From Octopus bimaculoides (Eukaryota): a stretch of 64,000 nucleotides of DNA. Location: positions 69,867,175-69,931,174 of the forward strand of contig NC_068986.1 in the NCBI RefSeq assembly GCF_001194135.2, in the 5' to 3' direction. The position numbers and the translations under genes were made by a program. The stretch's first letter is position 1; every line of letters starts with the position of its first letter. Positions 39,945-54,050 of the stretch are shown here, piece after piece. The notes beneath the pieces are model-generated. The model was not told where the DNA came from, did not search any database, and saw only the letters and a program-made list of their open reading frames with translations.

Positions 39945-40083
39945 CAATGTGAAACGCGTCCATAACTGTATAGAAAACACTATTACAGATAAATGTACCA
40001 AAGATGCCGGAAAGCTGGTTGAGTATTTGCTCACTCCTATGATAATGAAAAGTGCACAGTGTGCTCTAAAAGACCCAGTAACG
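39945..40083 (+). CDS. Exon D: NVKRVHNCIENTITDKCTKDAGKLVEYLLTPMIMKSAQCALKDPVT
   Basis: Seen: acceptor tcttctggttctag, donor ACG|gtaagt, 139 bp = 1+138. Confidence 0.9.
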
Positions 40084-40138
40084 GTAAGTAGAAGAAAATT
40101 CATCATATTAGTTTATATCAATATGCATACATACAAAT

Positions 40139-40206
<68 letters not shown>

Positions 40207-43003
40207 GTAATGGGCTCCCCCGATACATAACTCACTGAAATTGACTGAATTACACATTGTTTCTTCACTTGTCTTGCCATTTATCGCTGTCAATTTGAAT
40301 GGTCCAATCGGTCTTCGCTCATTTCAATGGCACACAGTTTTACATTCGGCCATCTGCAGTTGTCTATCTGTGCCTTTGTTTAGGCTCAGGGTTCCAGCTA
40401 CTTCCGGCTGACGGGACACAAAATATTGAAGTACTTGAGTCCCAGAATGTTGTGCATCAATGAGACGAGTTTATAGAACTTACTGCCATCGTAAAAAAGA
40501 GAATTTATTGTGCTATGCCTCACACTACAGTAACCGACATATTTGGCTTCTGAACCTGCATAGACATATTTAGAGCAAATATGCAAATATCCGTTCCAAT
40601 TCTCTCTGAACACGGTTCAATTAACAGTTTTTAGTGCTACTACTATTAAAGTTATCCAAATTTTTTTCAATTATTTCATTTCAGAAGTAAATAATCAGTC
40701 AATCTCATTATTCTCACTTCTCATGTGTAATATTCAAATAAAACATGAAAATCACAAATGCTAGGTCTCACTATCAGAACTTTCGTGGTAACCATTTAAA
40801 TGTAAAAGGAATAAGTCTGCTTCCTAAATGATGCGAAAACGTGTTTTAGCTTTGAGTTGTTTCATGACCTTTGCATGATAGAGCTACATGCCGTGGTGAT
40901 AGGAGAATGAAATGGCTATATGTTATATTTACTCTTTATTTTCCCCCACCTCTTTCTCTTCCTCTCTCTTTCTCTGTCTCTCACTTACACACACACAAAC
41001 ACACACACACACACATACTGAGAACTCGTTTTGTTACTCTGAGTTATCAAGGTACGTAACTCACTCACCCAGAATCATCTGAAATACCCTACAACTCAGA
41101 TCTTGCGCCTGCGAACTAATTCGATGCAGATCGATACTCATGTGACATATTTTCATTTTCACTGAATTCTTCAAGTTGAAAAAAAAAAAAATCAAACTAA
41201 TATTTACTACTCTGCAAGAAAATAAGGAGAAGCTCTAGAAGTTTACATTTCTGTTCATAAAATATCAGGTGAAGTCTTTGTTGTGGAATTTTGAACAACA
41301 TCACATATAAGTTTCGAGGTTGATCACATGAGTATCTATCTGCATTAAGTTAGTTCGCAAGTGCACGATCTGAGATACCTGCAAGTACTGTAAACGTTTC
41401 CCAACTAAATTTCTGACAAAAGAAAAATGGTTTTCTGGTTTCCAATCCTGTATGTTAGAGCAGTAAATAAAATTCCCTGTAGTGTTTCCTTCTGGCCATT
41501 TATATCTTGAGTTCAAAATTTTGCTTCGATTTTCAATGTTTCAGAAAGTACCCCTTAAAAACCGTAGTCGAGATATTGAACTGTTATCTCTACCGAAATT
41601 TCTATCCTTGGTGCCAGTGAAAGAAAATCAATATCACATCAGTTGTGATTATGATTGAAGGAGTGTCATAAAGTGACTTTTGCCATTTCTTCCTCAGATT
41701 TATCAAAAGCAGAATCTTGTAATCAACTTCATTCTAATCTCTCACTTAATATACTTGAGTCAGTGCTGATAAATAACCTCAGCACACCTTATTTAACATT
41801 CTCTTTAACAAATTCTGCTCTGTATTCAATAACTGGCAGTCTATATATTTCAGAAATAGCCTACGTCTGTTTTTGTAACAAATTTTCTCTTCAGAAATCT
41901 TTGTTTCATCTCTGCTTTACCGTTGTTCCGTAACATTCGATTACGTCAAGTCTCTGCTTCTCGCAACTCAAAATAAGTTCATTATGCATATATTAATGCG
42001 CCAATTCTTTCATCCACTCTCTTATGTTGAGATGGTAAATTCTACCGTTAATGAAAATAGAAAATTGGTTGACATGAAATATTTATCTGAATTTGCACTT
42101 CATGAATATTATATTTAAATCACACCGATACCAACAGATGACAATCTGATAAATTACATCTAGTTGCTGTCATATTAGCCAACATTTAGTTCTACTAATA
42201 TTTTGTTTCTTTTCTATTGTATTATTATTTATCTACAAAGAGTGATAAATATCAAGTGTAGAGGTTTCAAATTTGCCACAGATGTAAATGATATTTTTAA
42301 CGCTGAGAGGATGCAAAAGAACTGAGACTGATTACTATTGGTCGGTTCAGTGGACTAATAGACTTATATCTCCAGTTCTGTGAAAAATCAATCCCCGAGA
42401 TAAACTATTACTATATGTAACTAGAAGTTTCTCGATATATTGCCTCAAAAGACAGCACTCGATAAAATCTGGCACTCTAATATTAGGATGTAAAATAGAA
42501 GAAGCTATGAAATGTGAATTATTCAACCGTTAGTTGTATCTTCTTTCACTCTATTGCAGCTATTCAATAGAAAAGAAAGCAGACTGTCTACCGGAAATGA
42601 TTAGATTTTTCAGGAGAGAAATATTAAAAAAATTAATTTAATAATGTCCAGTGTTCATTAATATCTCAAGTGAAAAAATTACACATACACACATAACTCG
42701 ATATATTAATATTTTACCAATATGACTACGGTGTTTCAGAGAAGTTTATAGTCACTAAGATTCATCAGTAAAGAAATTTGTAAGCGATGCAGACTGCTCT
42801 AGAGAGATTTACACAGAGAAAAAGAGTCGATAAAGGAGAAGGGAATAAAGAGCTATGACAATATGGATGTAAACACACCACTAGGCCCTGAATTATGCCA
42901 CTGGGGCGTAGTATACATGCATTTCTGCGCTGTTAGACTTCATCAATTACGGATACTGAACCGTCGTTCATGGTCACTAGGAGCTGGTCACTCTTATATT
43001 AGA

Positions 43004-43210
43004 ATCCTTTCTACTCTAGGCACAAGGCCTAAAATTTTGAGGGGAGTGGGCCCAGTCGATTAGATCGACCTCAGTACACAAATGGAACTTAATTTATCGA
43101 CTCCGGAAGGATGAAAAGCAAAGTCGACCTCGGCAGAATTTGAACTCAGAACGTAAAGACAGACGAAATACACCTAAGCATTTCGCCCAGCGTGCTAACG
43201 TTTCTGCCAG
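43004..43210 (-). mobile_element. SINE family A
   Basis: Same core; tail subtype atcctttctactctaggcacaaggcc. Confidence 0.9.
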
Positions 43211-44104
43211 AATAACAAACGGTGCATTTCTTGATGTGTAAAACCTTTTGTTAAGCTGGCATAAATTTATTATTAAAGGTGTACTTGTCTATAAGAAGAA
43301 CTTTTTCTCTCTAGGCATTTTGTGCCATGCATTCTCTATCCATTTCCGAGTGTTAAATATGGCTGTACATATTATGTGTGGGGAGTGTAGGGGGCGTGGG
43401 TGTAGGGGGCGTTGGGTGGGTTGCGTGGGGGGTGCATGTATGTATGTATGTATGTATGTAAAGTATAAAAATTGTTTTCACAAGAGAGGTAATCATATTT
43501 TTTAACCGGTTTTAGTTATTTTGAGCTGATCAAATAACAATGTTGGCTTTTACAATACGGCATAGATTTTCCTTTCCTTTCAGTCACATGTCTGTTTTCG
43601 TGTTTATTTCATACATCTTGCTGGTGTCTTTGAATAAATACTTGGAGACCATATCATTCCATAAGAAAGAACGCAACTGATGGTTGAGTGGTTAATTTCT
43701 CTTATTCTGTTTAATAACTAGTAAGAAAGCGTAATTTTCTTCGCAAATTTTGAGGATTTAGTCGGTGACATGTGTTTGATTGGAGGATAATGCATTTAAT
43801 TAGAGATATAGTGTGCTTGCCTGTGTAGAGACATTTTATTTTTTGCAAGATCGATCGTTTCTTGTTTGCACATTACATATAATTTTAGTCAGTAATTTTA
43901 CAAACTCTTGCACATGATATATATGCATATATACACACCTGCATCCTTTCAAACAACTAAACATTTGTACATACGTATGTAAATTTCAAAAATATTGTCA
44001 GTTATTGAAAACTAAGTTAAAATGTGGTATTTCAAATTGTCTATAAAACTATTCAAAATGAAAAAATATTTTAGGAGGAAGAAAACAAAATGGATGTTCA
44101 AGAA

Positions 44105-44247
<143 letters not shown>

Positions 44248-44518
44248 AGATGTGTGTCCTTAAGCAATGGCACTAAGTTATGTATATGTACGCATGTGTG
44301 CCTACATTTATTTACACATTTCTCTGCGAATGTGGACTACAGTAGAGTAATTTCTAGATGATTTAGTTTGTAGTGAATGTATTTATTTGTTATTCTAGCT
44401 TATTATTCCTGATTTGTTGGAGTGAAAGTAATGGAAATGTACGCATAACTTTGTAATTAACTCATATAGGTCGCTCAAATTGCACATGTTAGTAGCTCAA
44501 TTTTTCTTCTGTTCATAG

Positions 44519-44666
44519 TCGCAGACGTGGCTGTAAAGTAAGAAGCATGCTTCCCAACTACATGGTTCCGGGTTCAGACCTTGGGCAATTGTTTTCTTCA
44601 ATAGCCTCGTGCCGACCAAAGCCTCCTGAGTGGATTTGGTACGCGGAAACTGAAAGGAGCTCGTCA
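44519..44666 (+). mobile_element. SINE family B
   Basis: gcagacgtggctgtaaagtaagaagcatgcttcccaactacatggttccgggttcag. Confidence 0.8.
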
Positions 44667-44948
44667 TATACATAATAATAATAATAATATTCTTTTATCC
44701 AGTCATAAGCACAGGAGTGAAGTATGTACAGGGTTAAATTTATATTAAATTTTATAAACCCGAGCAATGCTTCAGAGTGCCCAAGTAAAACCCAGACTTA
44801 ACCACCCTCGTGTAGCTAATTTTTGGGAAACATTTCAATACTCACTATTATTTTGTTTTGAAAGTGGAATAGTGTTCATATAAGATTATAAAAATGAATA
44901 CATTACTAGGTCTTATTTGTAGCTCTTCAATATAATAAAGTCATCTAA

Positions 44949-45160
44949 GACGGCGAGCAGGCAGAATCGTTAGCCCGCCGGGCGAAATGTTTAGCGGCAT
45001 TTCCTTCGTCTTTACGTTCTTAGTTCAAATTCCACGCGGTCGACTTCGCCGTTTATCCCTTTCGGGATTGAGAAAATAAGTACCAGTTGAGCACTGGGGT
45101 CGATGTATTCGACAAGCCTCTTCCCTCAAACTTGCTGGCCTTGTGCCAAAATTTGAAACC
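44949..45160 (+). mobile_element. SINE family A, near full length
   Basis: A box GGCAGAATCGTTAG, B box AGTTCAAATTCC, tail ccttgtgccaaaatttgaaacc; imperfect flanking tataataa.gtcat duplication. Confidence 0.9.
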
Positions 45161-46255
45161 AATATAATAATGTCATTAGATCAGGTAGGGAGTATATGTA
45201 GCACCGACAGAAATGTTCTAGATATAACAATCTACAAAAACAGAAGATTACATACATCTCTCAGTACAGTGCATAGTATATGTGGATATTTCAAATGTAT
45301 TTCTCATCAGTAAAGTAAAATGAATGAAAGGCAGCAAAAGAGAAACAGCCAAAGATAATGGGAAGCTGAGAAAATCTGTGTACACAAACTTCGTTAGATC
45401 ATTGAATTATATAGAAAGACCTCATTAAACACAGACATACAGTTATTTAGCCTAAAACTAATACAAGATCAGAGGAGCAATCCATATTTATTTATCACCA
45501 GAAATGAAAAGAGTAAGGGGTGTTTAGAAGTAAATATTTTCCCCCTGTTCCATTTACGAGACTATGATTAGGGTAAATGACACTTTAGGCTGGAAAAGGT
45601 CTAGTAATCTCAGGAAATATTTTACTTGCTGCAGAATTTTTCTGTTCTCTTTATTTTTGAGTTTTTTTATTTATTTTTTGTTTTTTCTTGCTATAAAGGC
45701 CGTGCGTTAGGAATATAAATCCATAAGTGCTGCTATAAGAATTAACTACTGAAAAGCAATTGAAGTGTTACAAAAGCAATGCCCTGAAATTTAATACCAT
45801 AAAAATATTCTTGTTAATGAAACAAAGAATATCATGAAAACCTAAATTGCTGCAACTTGTTTGTACAATTCACGTCATTATAAGCCAAAAACATGACACT
45901 CGTGGGAGGATTGTAAACTTTATCTAGATCCAGTAATTTGCAATACGAAGAGAATTTCAGGAAATAGTGTGTCGTGGGTTTATAGAATAGAATGCAAGAA
46001 ATTATTATATGTGACAGAATAATAATGTCAACATTCGCTTGAAAATTGCTAATAGATTTTAAAACACTAGATGCTTAGATATACTAAACATATTTGCAGG
46101 GGAAAATATCTTCATCATAAAATAGTTAGTTGTGTTTAGACATGCAATTATTATCTGTCACCCGTTCACTCGCTGCCATGCGCATTTAAACACTAACACA
46201 CATATAAATTAAGTCAAGTACATATGGGTAATTGAAAGCTATTCTGTAAACGCAC

Positions 46256-49156
46256 TAGACCAGTAAATGTACACCAGGACCCACCACTAATTGCCACAGA
46301 AACGAAACCAGTGTTATTTGTCTTGGATAAAGGTTTCTCGTAATATACTAAAAGTCCCGAAGAATCGTCGGAGTGGAACATGGTGAAATAACAGAATGAA
46401 AAAGTATCACTATTTTGCCATTTTTTAACTTGGTGCAACTTCAGACGGTCATAACGTCTTAACTAATCAAGATAATCCAAAACAAAGAATAAGTAAAAGT
46501 GCTTTAAATGAGTAAGCCAACCTTCTACCCCCATTTCCGTACGTCCACAATAAAATTGTTTACCACAGGATAAAAATAAAACTTTCTAATCCCAAGTGCT
46601 TTCGTTGATATTGACATCATCAGAAGATAAGGAAGAAAAAAAAAAGAAAATACATAGTTAGACACAAGTATATGCTGTACAGTAAAAGCTTACAATCCGC
46701 AATGTCCGTCAGTTCAGTTACCTTTTCAGTCAGATTTAGCTGTTATCTACATCCTCAGCACTGTCGTAGCCATTGTTCTGACAAACACCTCTGCACCCAG
46801 AACAAGCAGATGAACATAGAAGCCCAAGCCATTGGCAGCGTCCCACAACCTGACTTGCAAGCACACCACACAACGACTGTGGTGCAGGAGCACGGTCAGA
46901 GATAACTGTGAGTTTCCACCTCCAATCTTCACCATTCAGTTTGTTCTCCTGTCACTCCTCGACTTGGTGGTAGACACGCAGGTTATGTTACTTCGTAACT
47001 GCTAATGTCGGTGGCAACATGTTAGGAAGAACTGCCTTATTTCACGCGGTGACAAGGTATCGGAATCAGCGACATCTAACATTATCGATCGAGTCGCCTT
47101 CTCACCTGTCGTGATGATGTTGTCCTTTGTTGTCCTTTTACTCCTGAACACCTATGCCTGTTCCTGAAGTTCCTCATTTTCTTGAATAAGTTTGAAACCT
47201 GCCGCCTTCCCGATCCCCAAAACCCTGGATGTGGTGTCACACCCCAAGAAAGCATGTACAAAGAGAATATGCGTGTAAACCTGGACCCCAAGCTTCTGAT
47301 TGATCGAATTAACACCCATGCTCCTAACTTCTGCTCCTTTCATTGGTTCAGATCGGAAGTTGATGTCATGTTTGTTTTCTCCTGCAAAGTGGATGAGGAG
47401 AACAAGTAGGTCCGTATCGTCTCCGACTAACACAGTTTCTATGTCCCCAGAGATTTTCACTGCAGTTAGGACAATAAGAGTATCTGCATCTCCTCTAGCT
47501 TCACAGCTTTCTTTGGCAAGGGCATCTCCTAAAAGTTCAAGAAAATGTTGCTTGTTCTCTTGGTTTGAGATGAATTCGATCTTTTTTTAACTGCAGCTTC
47601 GTGGACAGTTGAAATGTCACCTTCCTACCATCACACTGCACTCGGCGCTGATGTGTGTTGTCTTTTGTTGAAAGTCCCACCTCATAATCAAACACAACCA
47701 CTGCCTGACCATAGTGTTTTGTAACATATCTGGTACAGTCCTGCAATATCTTGTATGTTTTACCAAGTTGCCATGGAATGCGATGGAGAAGAGCACCTCC
47801 ATCAAGGACGTATGTGATATTTTTACATGGTGCTGGGCTCTGTAGTACCTAGCGTCAGCTAGTTGTGGTTTTACAGCTTTCAGGAACTTTTCTTTCCCTT
47901 CGAACAAGGCAGATAGGTGGTTGCAGAGTTCATAGGTGAGGACATTTGGAAGTGTTCACTTAGGTGAGGACATTCGGAAATGATCATTCCAAAAGTGATC
48001 ACTGGTGTTGCTCCATAGCGCTCTGCAACGAAGTGTAAGGTTGAGTTGACACATGTCATGTTATCCGGGTTCATATCAACCATTGGTAGGAACATGGTGG
48101 ATGATTGTCCTCGGTGGTCTCCATCGTTTACCATTTGCACGTATCCCGACCTTGTTGGTCTTGGTAACCGGTCTGACAGGAACGTTTTCCACAGGTAGAT
48201 CTTCATACTTGATATTAGCAAGTTTATCACCAAGTTATATGAATTCCTTAATGTTGATGCGTCCTACTGCAGCGATCTCCTCTGCTGTCACAGAAACATG
48301 TTTTACCGGTGAGGTGCCATCAAATTTGGATGTTACAACTGCTATAATACCCATTCCATGGAATGCCCTAGAGCTGTCAAGAGTTCTAGTGTCATGATCC
48401 ACGTTGTTGGCCACATATTGAACAAACTGTCCAGGGAGGAACTCTGGAATGTCCAATCCCTGGTAGACTGCTGCACTCCATTCATAATTTTGAACCTCTG
48501 AATATGAACTACAGAATCTATGGAAATTCAGTGTGACAATCAGAATTCTTGTGGTAAAATGCGAATGTATTTGCACACCTAGACCTAATTGCAATGGTGC
48601 AGTCAGAACTTTGGGGCGGGGAGCCTGCATTATCGCTTGCTCCAATAAGCACACCTTCAACCGCTTTATTTTCCAACAAATACGGGGTTCAGTAGTAAGC
48701 GTAGTGACTCTGGACAATAGTTAGTAGCTTCTGAGATACCACTCATATAAAGACTTGTTGTACAACTGACTTGACATCACTTCTAATGAGGTTAACCGCA
48801 GTTTCTATCAGTATCGACTTCTCCATTTACCCCTTACCTCTGATAAAGGTATAGGGCAGCCTCAAATCTCTTGACAGACATTTCTATGTGGAAGATATAC
48901 CAGAAAAAACATAGGTTAGAACACCAAAAATGTCTTGATAGCTTCATAAAAAGTGTTGCTGTGCCTGTCTGTACCTTGATCGTCTAATCTTGAAATCTAA
49001 AAGTTCACCCCTGAAAAAATATTGTTCCACTCAAAATATTTTATGGGACTTTTAGTATATCATGAAGGGTACCCTACTGAGTAAATCCCAACAGGTTTCG
49101 TTTCTGTTGCAATTAGTGGTGGATTCTGGGGAATATCAGCTAATTTGACTGGGCTA
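46256..49156 (-). mobile_element. Internally deleted Academ-type (AcademX-like) DNA transposon, 2901 bp
   Basis: Seen: imperfect TIRs of about 125-134 bp starting TAG and ending CTA (46256-46380; 49023-49156); flanks CAC and TAC (3-bp TSD with one mismatch). Minus-strand fragments APLQLGLGVQIH, FVQYVANNVDH..FHGMGII, YVLDGGALLHRIPW, GDDTDLLVLL, HAFLGCDTTSRVLGIGK, LPPT..LRVYHQV, CACKSGCG..LLCSSACSGCRGVCQN. Confidence 0.8.
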
Positions 49157-51217
49157 TACAGTATCTATCAATATTATATTATATATCATTTCAATTCATC
49201 TTACTGAGACTCAGTGTCATAAGATAGAAATCAACATTTCACAACTAATGGTAACATATTATGGCTGCAAGTATATTTCCAATGTATTACTATCTGTACT
49301 TCAGCATTGGAGTATCTTTGACTTGAAGTTCCATAAGACATTTACTGAAATAAAGCAGAGTTATACTGAGCGTAAATATACATATGTGTGTGTGCTGTGT
49401 ATGTTTCTATAACTCTCCTCCTATTGAGAAAAACTTTTGCCTGGAGAGCAATGAATATGCTATCAAGCATTTGAAGCACAACAGGCACTGCATCGAGATA
49501 TTGTGATTTTGAAGTAAAAGTCAACCAAATTTTACGTTTAAGAAAGTGCCATATTTTCAGTCCTAAAATGCTTTAAGAATAATCATTAAGTTGACCTGGA
49601 ATGAATACCAAGAAGAACTAATAAAATAACTCGTGTCTTGAAAGCATTGAGTATTACTGTTTTATGCTGTTGTTTCTATATTCTTGTTTATATATGTTGT
49701 TTCTATATTCTAAATGCAGCATAAATACAGTATCCATCTTGTTTTATAATTTGTCAGTTGCTGACATCATTCATGCGCGCGAGATAAATGTTACGCCATG
49801 AGGAAGGAAAGAGAGCTAATACTTTTGGTTGAACCTTTTGTTATAAAGAAACAAAATGTATAGTGATATTACTAGATAATATGAGTGTCTTGAAGATAAA
49901 ATATAAATAACAGTGAATAATGAAGGGGTGAATGAGGAAGCTAAAGGGAGAAGTAACATGGTGAAACACATTCTATACGTTAAACACGAAGCTAGACATT
50001 AGTTCTCACTGTATGTTTAGGTTACACCAATGATGATATTTATTCATGTGTTCTTTTATGTATCACACACGGATTTGGGGATATGCGATTAAGAAAAGAA
50101 ACCGAACAGAAAACATGTCATCTTTCTTTTCCAATCTTCTCAAATAGCGCTAGCATGTGGCTACTTATTTTGTCATAAGTCCTTGAATAGAAAACCCTTG
50201 CCTAAGGACAAGTGTATTTTTTCACTTTCAAAATTAGAAAAAAAACCCTAATATTATCCAATGACACATATATTGAAGATATAGCAGGTTACTCAACATT
50301 TATATTTGTCATCCTAATCCTTAATTCTAGGTCTAAGAACGTTGAAATATTGAAGCTATCTATCTGTCAGCTTTTTCTTAAGCTTGCTATATATATCATG
50401 AGCGTTTACCCTTTAGAAAATTTATATTACCATTTATGGTTTTCTGAATGAATGCTTGATAATATAGCTAGGAAATTTATGATCCAACCGACCTAACATT
50501 TATCACTCCGTTCTTTTCTCATCCATCCATGCATCCATCCGTATATTCCCCTATTCATTCGTCGTGTATCTCTAGATGCTATACGTGTGCTGTTGCCGTG
50601 CGTGGGTGTATGTGTTTTCACCCGTGAATGTGTACGTGCTTACCTGACAGTCCATATTTCGCTTTATATATTGATATATTTTCTGTATTAATGCATATTC
50701 TGTGCTTTGCTTTCGGTTTTTTCTTCTTTTTTTTTTATGCAATTGCTTCTAAGTTCATGCGTGAGCTATGTCATAGAAGAACTCAGGATATTTTACTGTA
50801 AAAGAGGGTGGGAAGAGTCATTAAGCTTATCTAGTTATCAGTAATTGGCAATTCCTGTCAAATACTGAAGTTATTCCATATCTGAATTTCTTGTCTTAGT
50901 ATTAGGTATTTGTTATGTCGTTTCTTAAATCCCTATTAACTATCCTTAATCTGTTAGAATCCACCTTTTAAGGACGTCGTAAATGTACGCATTTGTTTTG
51001 TATTTAGTATTTATTCAGAGAAGAGCCTTTCTTTCTTTTCAGCATATACCCTCCCCCTTTAGAATATTGACCTGTTATATGGGCATACTGAAATCGATAT
51101 TTTTGTCACCTCTATATCTTAGGGAAAGTGTCTATTCTCATTTTCGTTACGCTTATATGCTAATATCCCTATTACAATTAGATAACTGTTCTACAGCTAA
51201 TGTATCACACACACATA

Positions 51218-51291
<74 letters not shown>

Positions 51292-51862
51292 TATATATAC
51301 ATGCATACATACGTATATACAAATCTATATGTACAACACCAATGAAACACACAGCACAACACTCATTTTGCTCAAAAAGATCAAACCATTAAGATTGTTA
51401 CACATCATAACAATGTTTAGCGGGTTTGATATGTTCATTTGCTGTGAGTAGAGTAGAGAGTTTCAGCTGAGAGCATTATCATTTGGACTGGAAACAATCA
51501 AAATTATGTTGGACCTTATCATTCCCCTCGGTCGCACAACAAAACTGCATCGCATATGCTACGGCCTCATTCAGAGCCAAAATGCACTGCAGATGAGATC
51601 TTGTGCTGAGCCTCGACAACGCTTAACTGCGACCCACAATAACTGCTTGTATATTCGGTTGATTCACCGCACATCTACGCCTAAGCCCTTCCGATGCCAC
51701 TGTCTTTCCACAATGTTTATTGATGATGCTAAATGAGGTCCGTACTAGCAATTCTTCCAACTCTTCCTTCACAGAATACAGATCCCCTGAAACTCCCTCT
51801 CTTATCATATCTTATCTACGTGCATTTCTAAAGAAATTTTAATGAAACAGCAACTACACCTT

Positions 51863-52030
51863 CCTTTTCTACTCTAGGCACAAGGCCCGAAATTTTAGGG
51901 GAAAGGACCAGTCGATCAATATGGTACTTTATCAACCCCGAAAGAATGAAAGGCAAAGTGACCTCGGTGGAATTTGAACTCAGAACGTAAAAAAAGACGA
52001 AATACTGTTAAGCATTTCACCTGGCGTGCT
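51863..52030 (-). mobile_element. SINE family A, truncated
   Basis: Same core and ccttttctactctaggcacaaggcc tail. Confidence 0.85.
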
Positions 52031-52385
52031 ATAAAGTATGGCCACTCGTTACATAACCTTAAATGAAAAAATATGCCCCGTATTTTTTCACTGCTATATG
52101 TCGCAGTCAAACTTACTTACATTGGAAGATTGTGAATATGAACTGAAAGGAAGGCGATTTAGATGGCTAAATATTTGCATTTAAATGGTAATATATATTT
52201 CAAAGCACCCAGAATTACCTTTTACTCACCATGTTTATATTTAAAAGCGTGAATTTCTTCACAGGTGAAATAGATAAATTGTTTGTTTATTTTTTTATGT
52301 TGTTTGAATATGTTCCTACTAGATATACACATATACGCGTAACTGTTATATAAATATGAGTATATCTATTTACTTATTTGCATGA

Positions 52386-52448
<63 letters not shown>

Positions 52449-52535
52449 AATGCATATCTAAATAGATACACCTTAAAATGTCAACTGAAGTTTATTTTCA
52501 AAATATTTACAACAAATTCTTGTCTTTATTTCCAG

Positions 52536-52736
52536 ACCACATCTACGCCAACAACAACTCGATCAACAACACATGTGCGAATCATCGTTCCCGCCGATCG
52601 CCGTGAGGAGACACACATTACCAACGGTTACGGTGTCACAATATTGCCGCCTCGCCTGTTTTATCTGACATTCTTCGCTGTTTCTTTCTATTATTTAATG
52701 ACATTCTTGTCTTCAGGCACACTAAAATGGACTTGA
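52536..52736 (+). CDS. Terminal exon E: Thr-rich stalk plus hydrophobic C-terminus (TTSTPTTTRSTT...TNGYGVTILPPRLFYLTFFAVSFYYLMTFLSSGTLKWT*)
   Basis: Seen: acceptor ttgtctttatttccag, phase 0 matching the exon D donor, stop TGA at 52734-36. Confidence 0.8.
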   Translation, partial: TTSTPTTTRSTTHVRIIVPADRREETHITNGYGVTILPPRLFYLTFFAVSFYYLMTFLSSGTLKWT

Positions 52737-53033
52737 ATGCCACTATAAATCAGACATGGAAAAATTAGCTGTGAATAATGGGAAATAATTATAAGGCTTA
52801 TTTTGAGAGAATCAGCAATTTTTGTTTCATTCTTAAACAAATAACCTCTATCTTATTCGATGGATTACTGTTCCTTAAACTGCTATCTGCCATATTAATT
52901 CGTACAACTTCTAAAATATAAATAATATTATATACAGAAACCTTATTTTTTGTTCTATGTCAATCATATTTTATATCTGCAAAAATGTAGTTTCTTACTC
53001 AATTTTATAACATTATTTAATCACTTCTTCAGT

Positions 53034-53078
<45 letters not shown>

Positions 53079-53107
53079 GTGGTGATGATGGTGATATACA
53101 TATAATA

Positions 53108-53189
<82 letters not shown>

Positions 53190-53942
53190 ATCACTATGAC
53201 TATATTTCTTATTTATGCTTACATGCGATTTAACAGATCCCTGTGTGTCCATCAAATTTCCATGCTCAGTGACCTTTATACAATGGCACGCAAACATAAT
53301 AGAAATAGAATCATGTGAAACATGTTTCATATTTAAGATATTAGATAATTCAATGACTTGTATTATATCAATGTTGAATGCATAGTAATAAAGTAACAAT
53401 GACCAAAAATATAAACATATGATATTTGTAATATATATTCTTTTCTAAGTATTCGAATTCTACAATCAGATGGAAATCAATGCGATATGCATTGGAGATA
53501 TAGTTTTAATTGTGGTAACATTTGCATACATTATCAGTGAGATTGCTATGAAAGGTTTAAGGCTCATCAATGCTGTCAATGACTCTTATTCTCTACCTAT
53601 TTCCTGCTGGATAACATTATTCATATTTCCTTTCCTACCAATAAGTACATTGGAAATAAACCCAATGTTATATGTCGAGTATAAACTTTTCTCTTTCTGG
53701 AAATTATTTAATACCTTTAAAATATGTGCTTAGCTTAGCTATTAAAAAATGGTTATCAAATAATTTTGATTATCTTTGCCCATGGCTAACACTATTAGCC
53801 GACTGGTGAACATACCAATTGCCATAAAAATTAGGATATTTAGACTTACATATTTGCTTGCATAGTCTTACACCTTTCATGAACCATATACTACTTTTGC
53901 AAAATATCAATTTTGAAACATAAGAACCAAACACGTTTTACT

Positions 53943-54050
53943 TTCTCAACTAAAATCAACAAAAAAAAACAGACAATTTAAAATTTACATCATATGTTCT
54001 CAACTAAAATCAACAAAAAAAAACAGACAATTTAAAAATTACATCATATG
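53943..54050. repeat. 54-bp tandem duplication
   Basis: ttctcaactaaaatcaacaaaaaaaaacagacaatttaaaa(t/a)ttacatcatatg at 53943 and 53997. Confidence 0.95.

Noticed and set aside
51480-51810. Minus-strand segment faintly like an L1/Tx1 reverse-transcriptase region
   Set aside because: Resemblance too broken to support without a search.
53013-53399. Poly-His ORF
   Set aside because: (CAT)n and (TA)n microsatellites downstream of the gene's stop codon.
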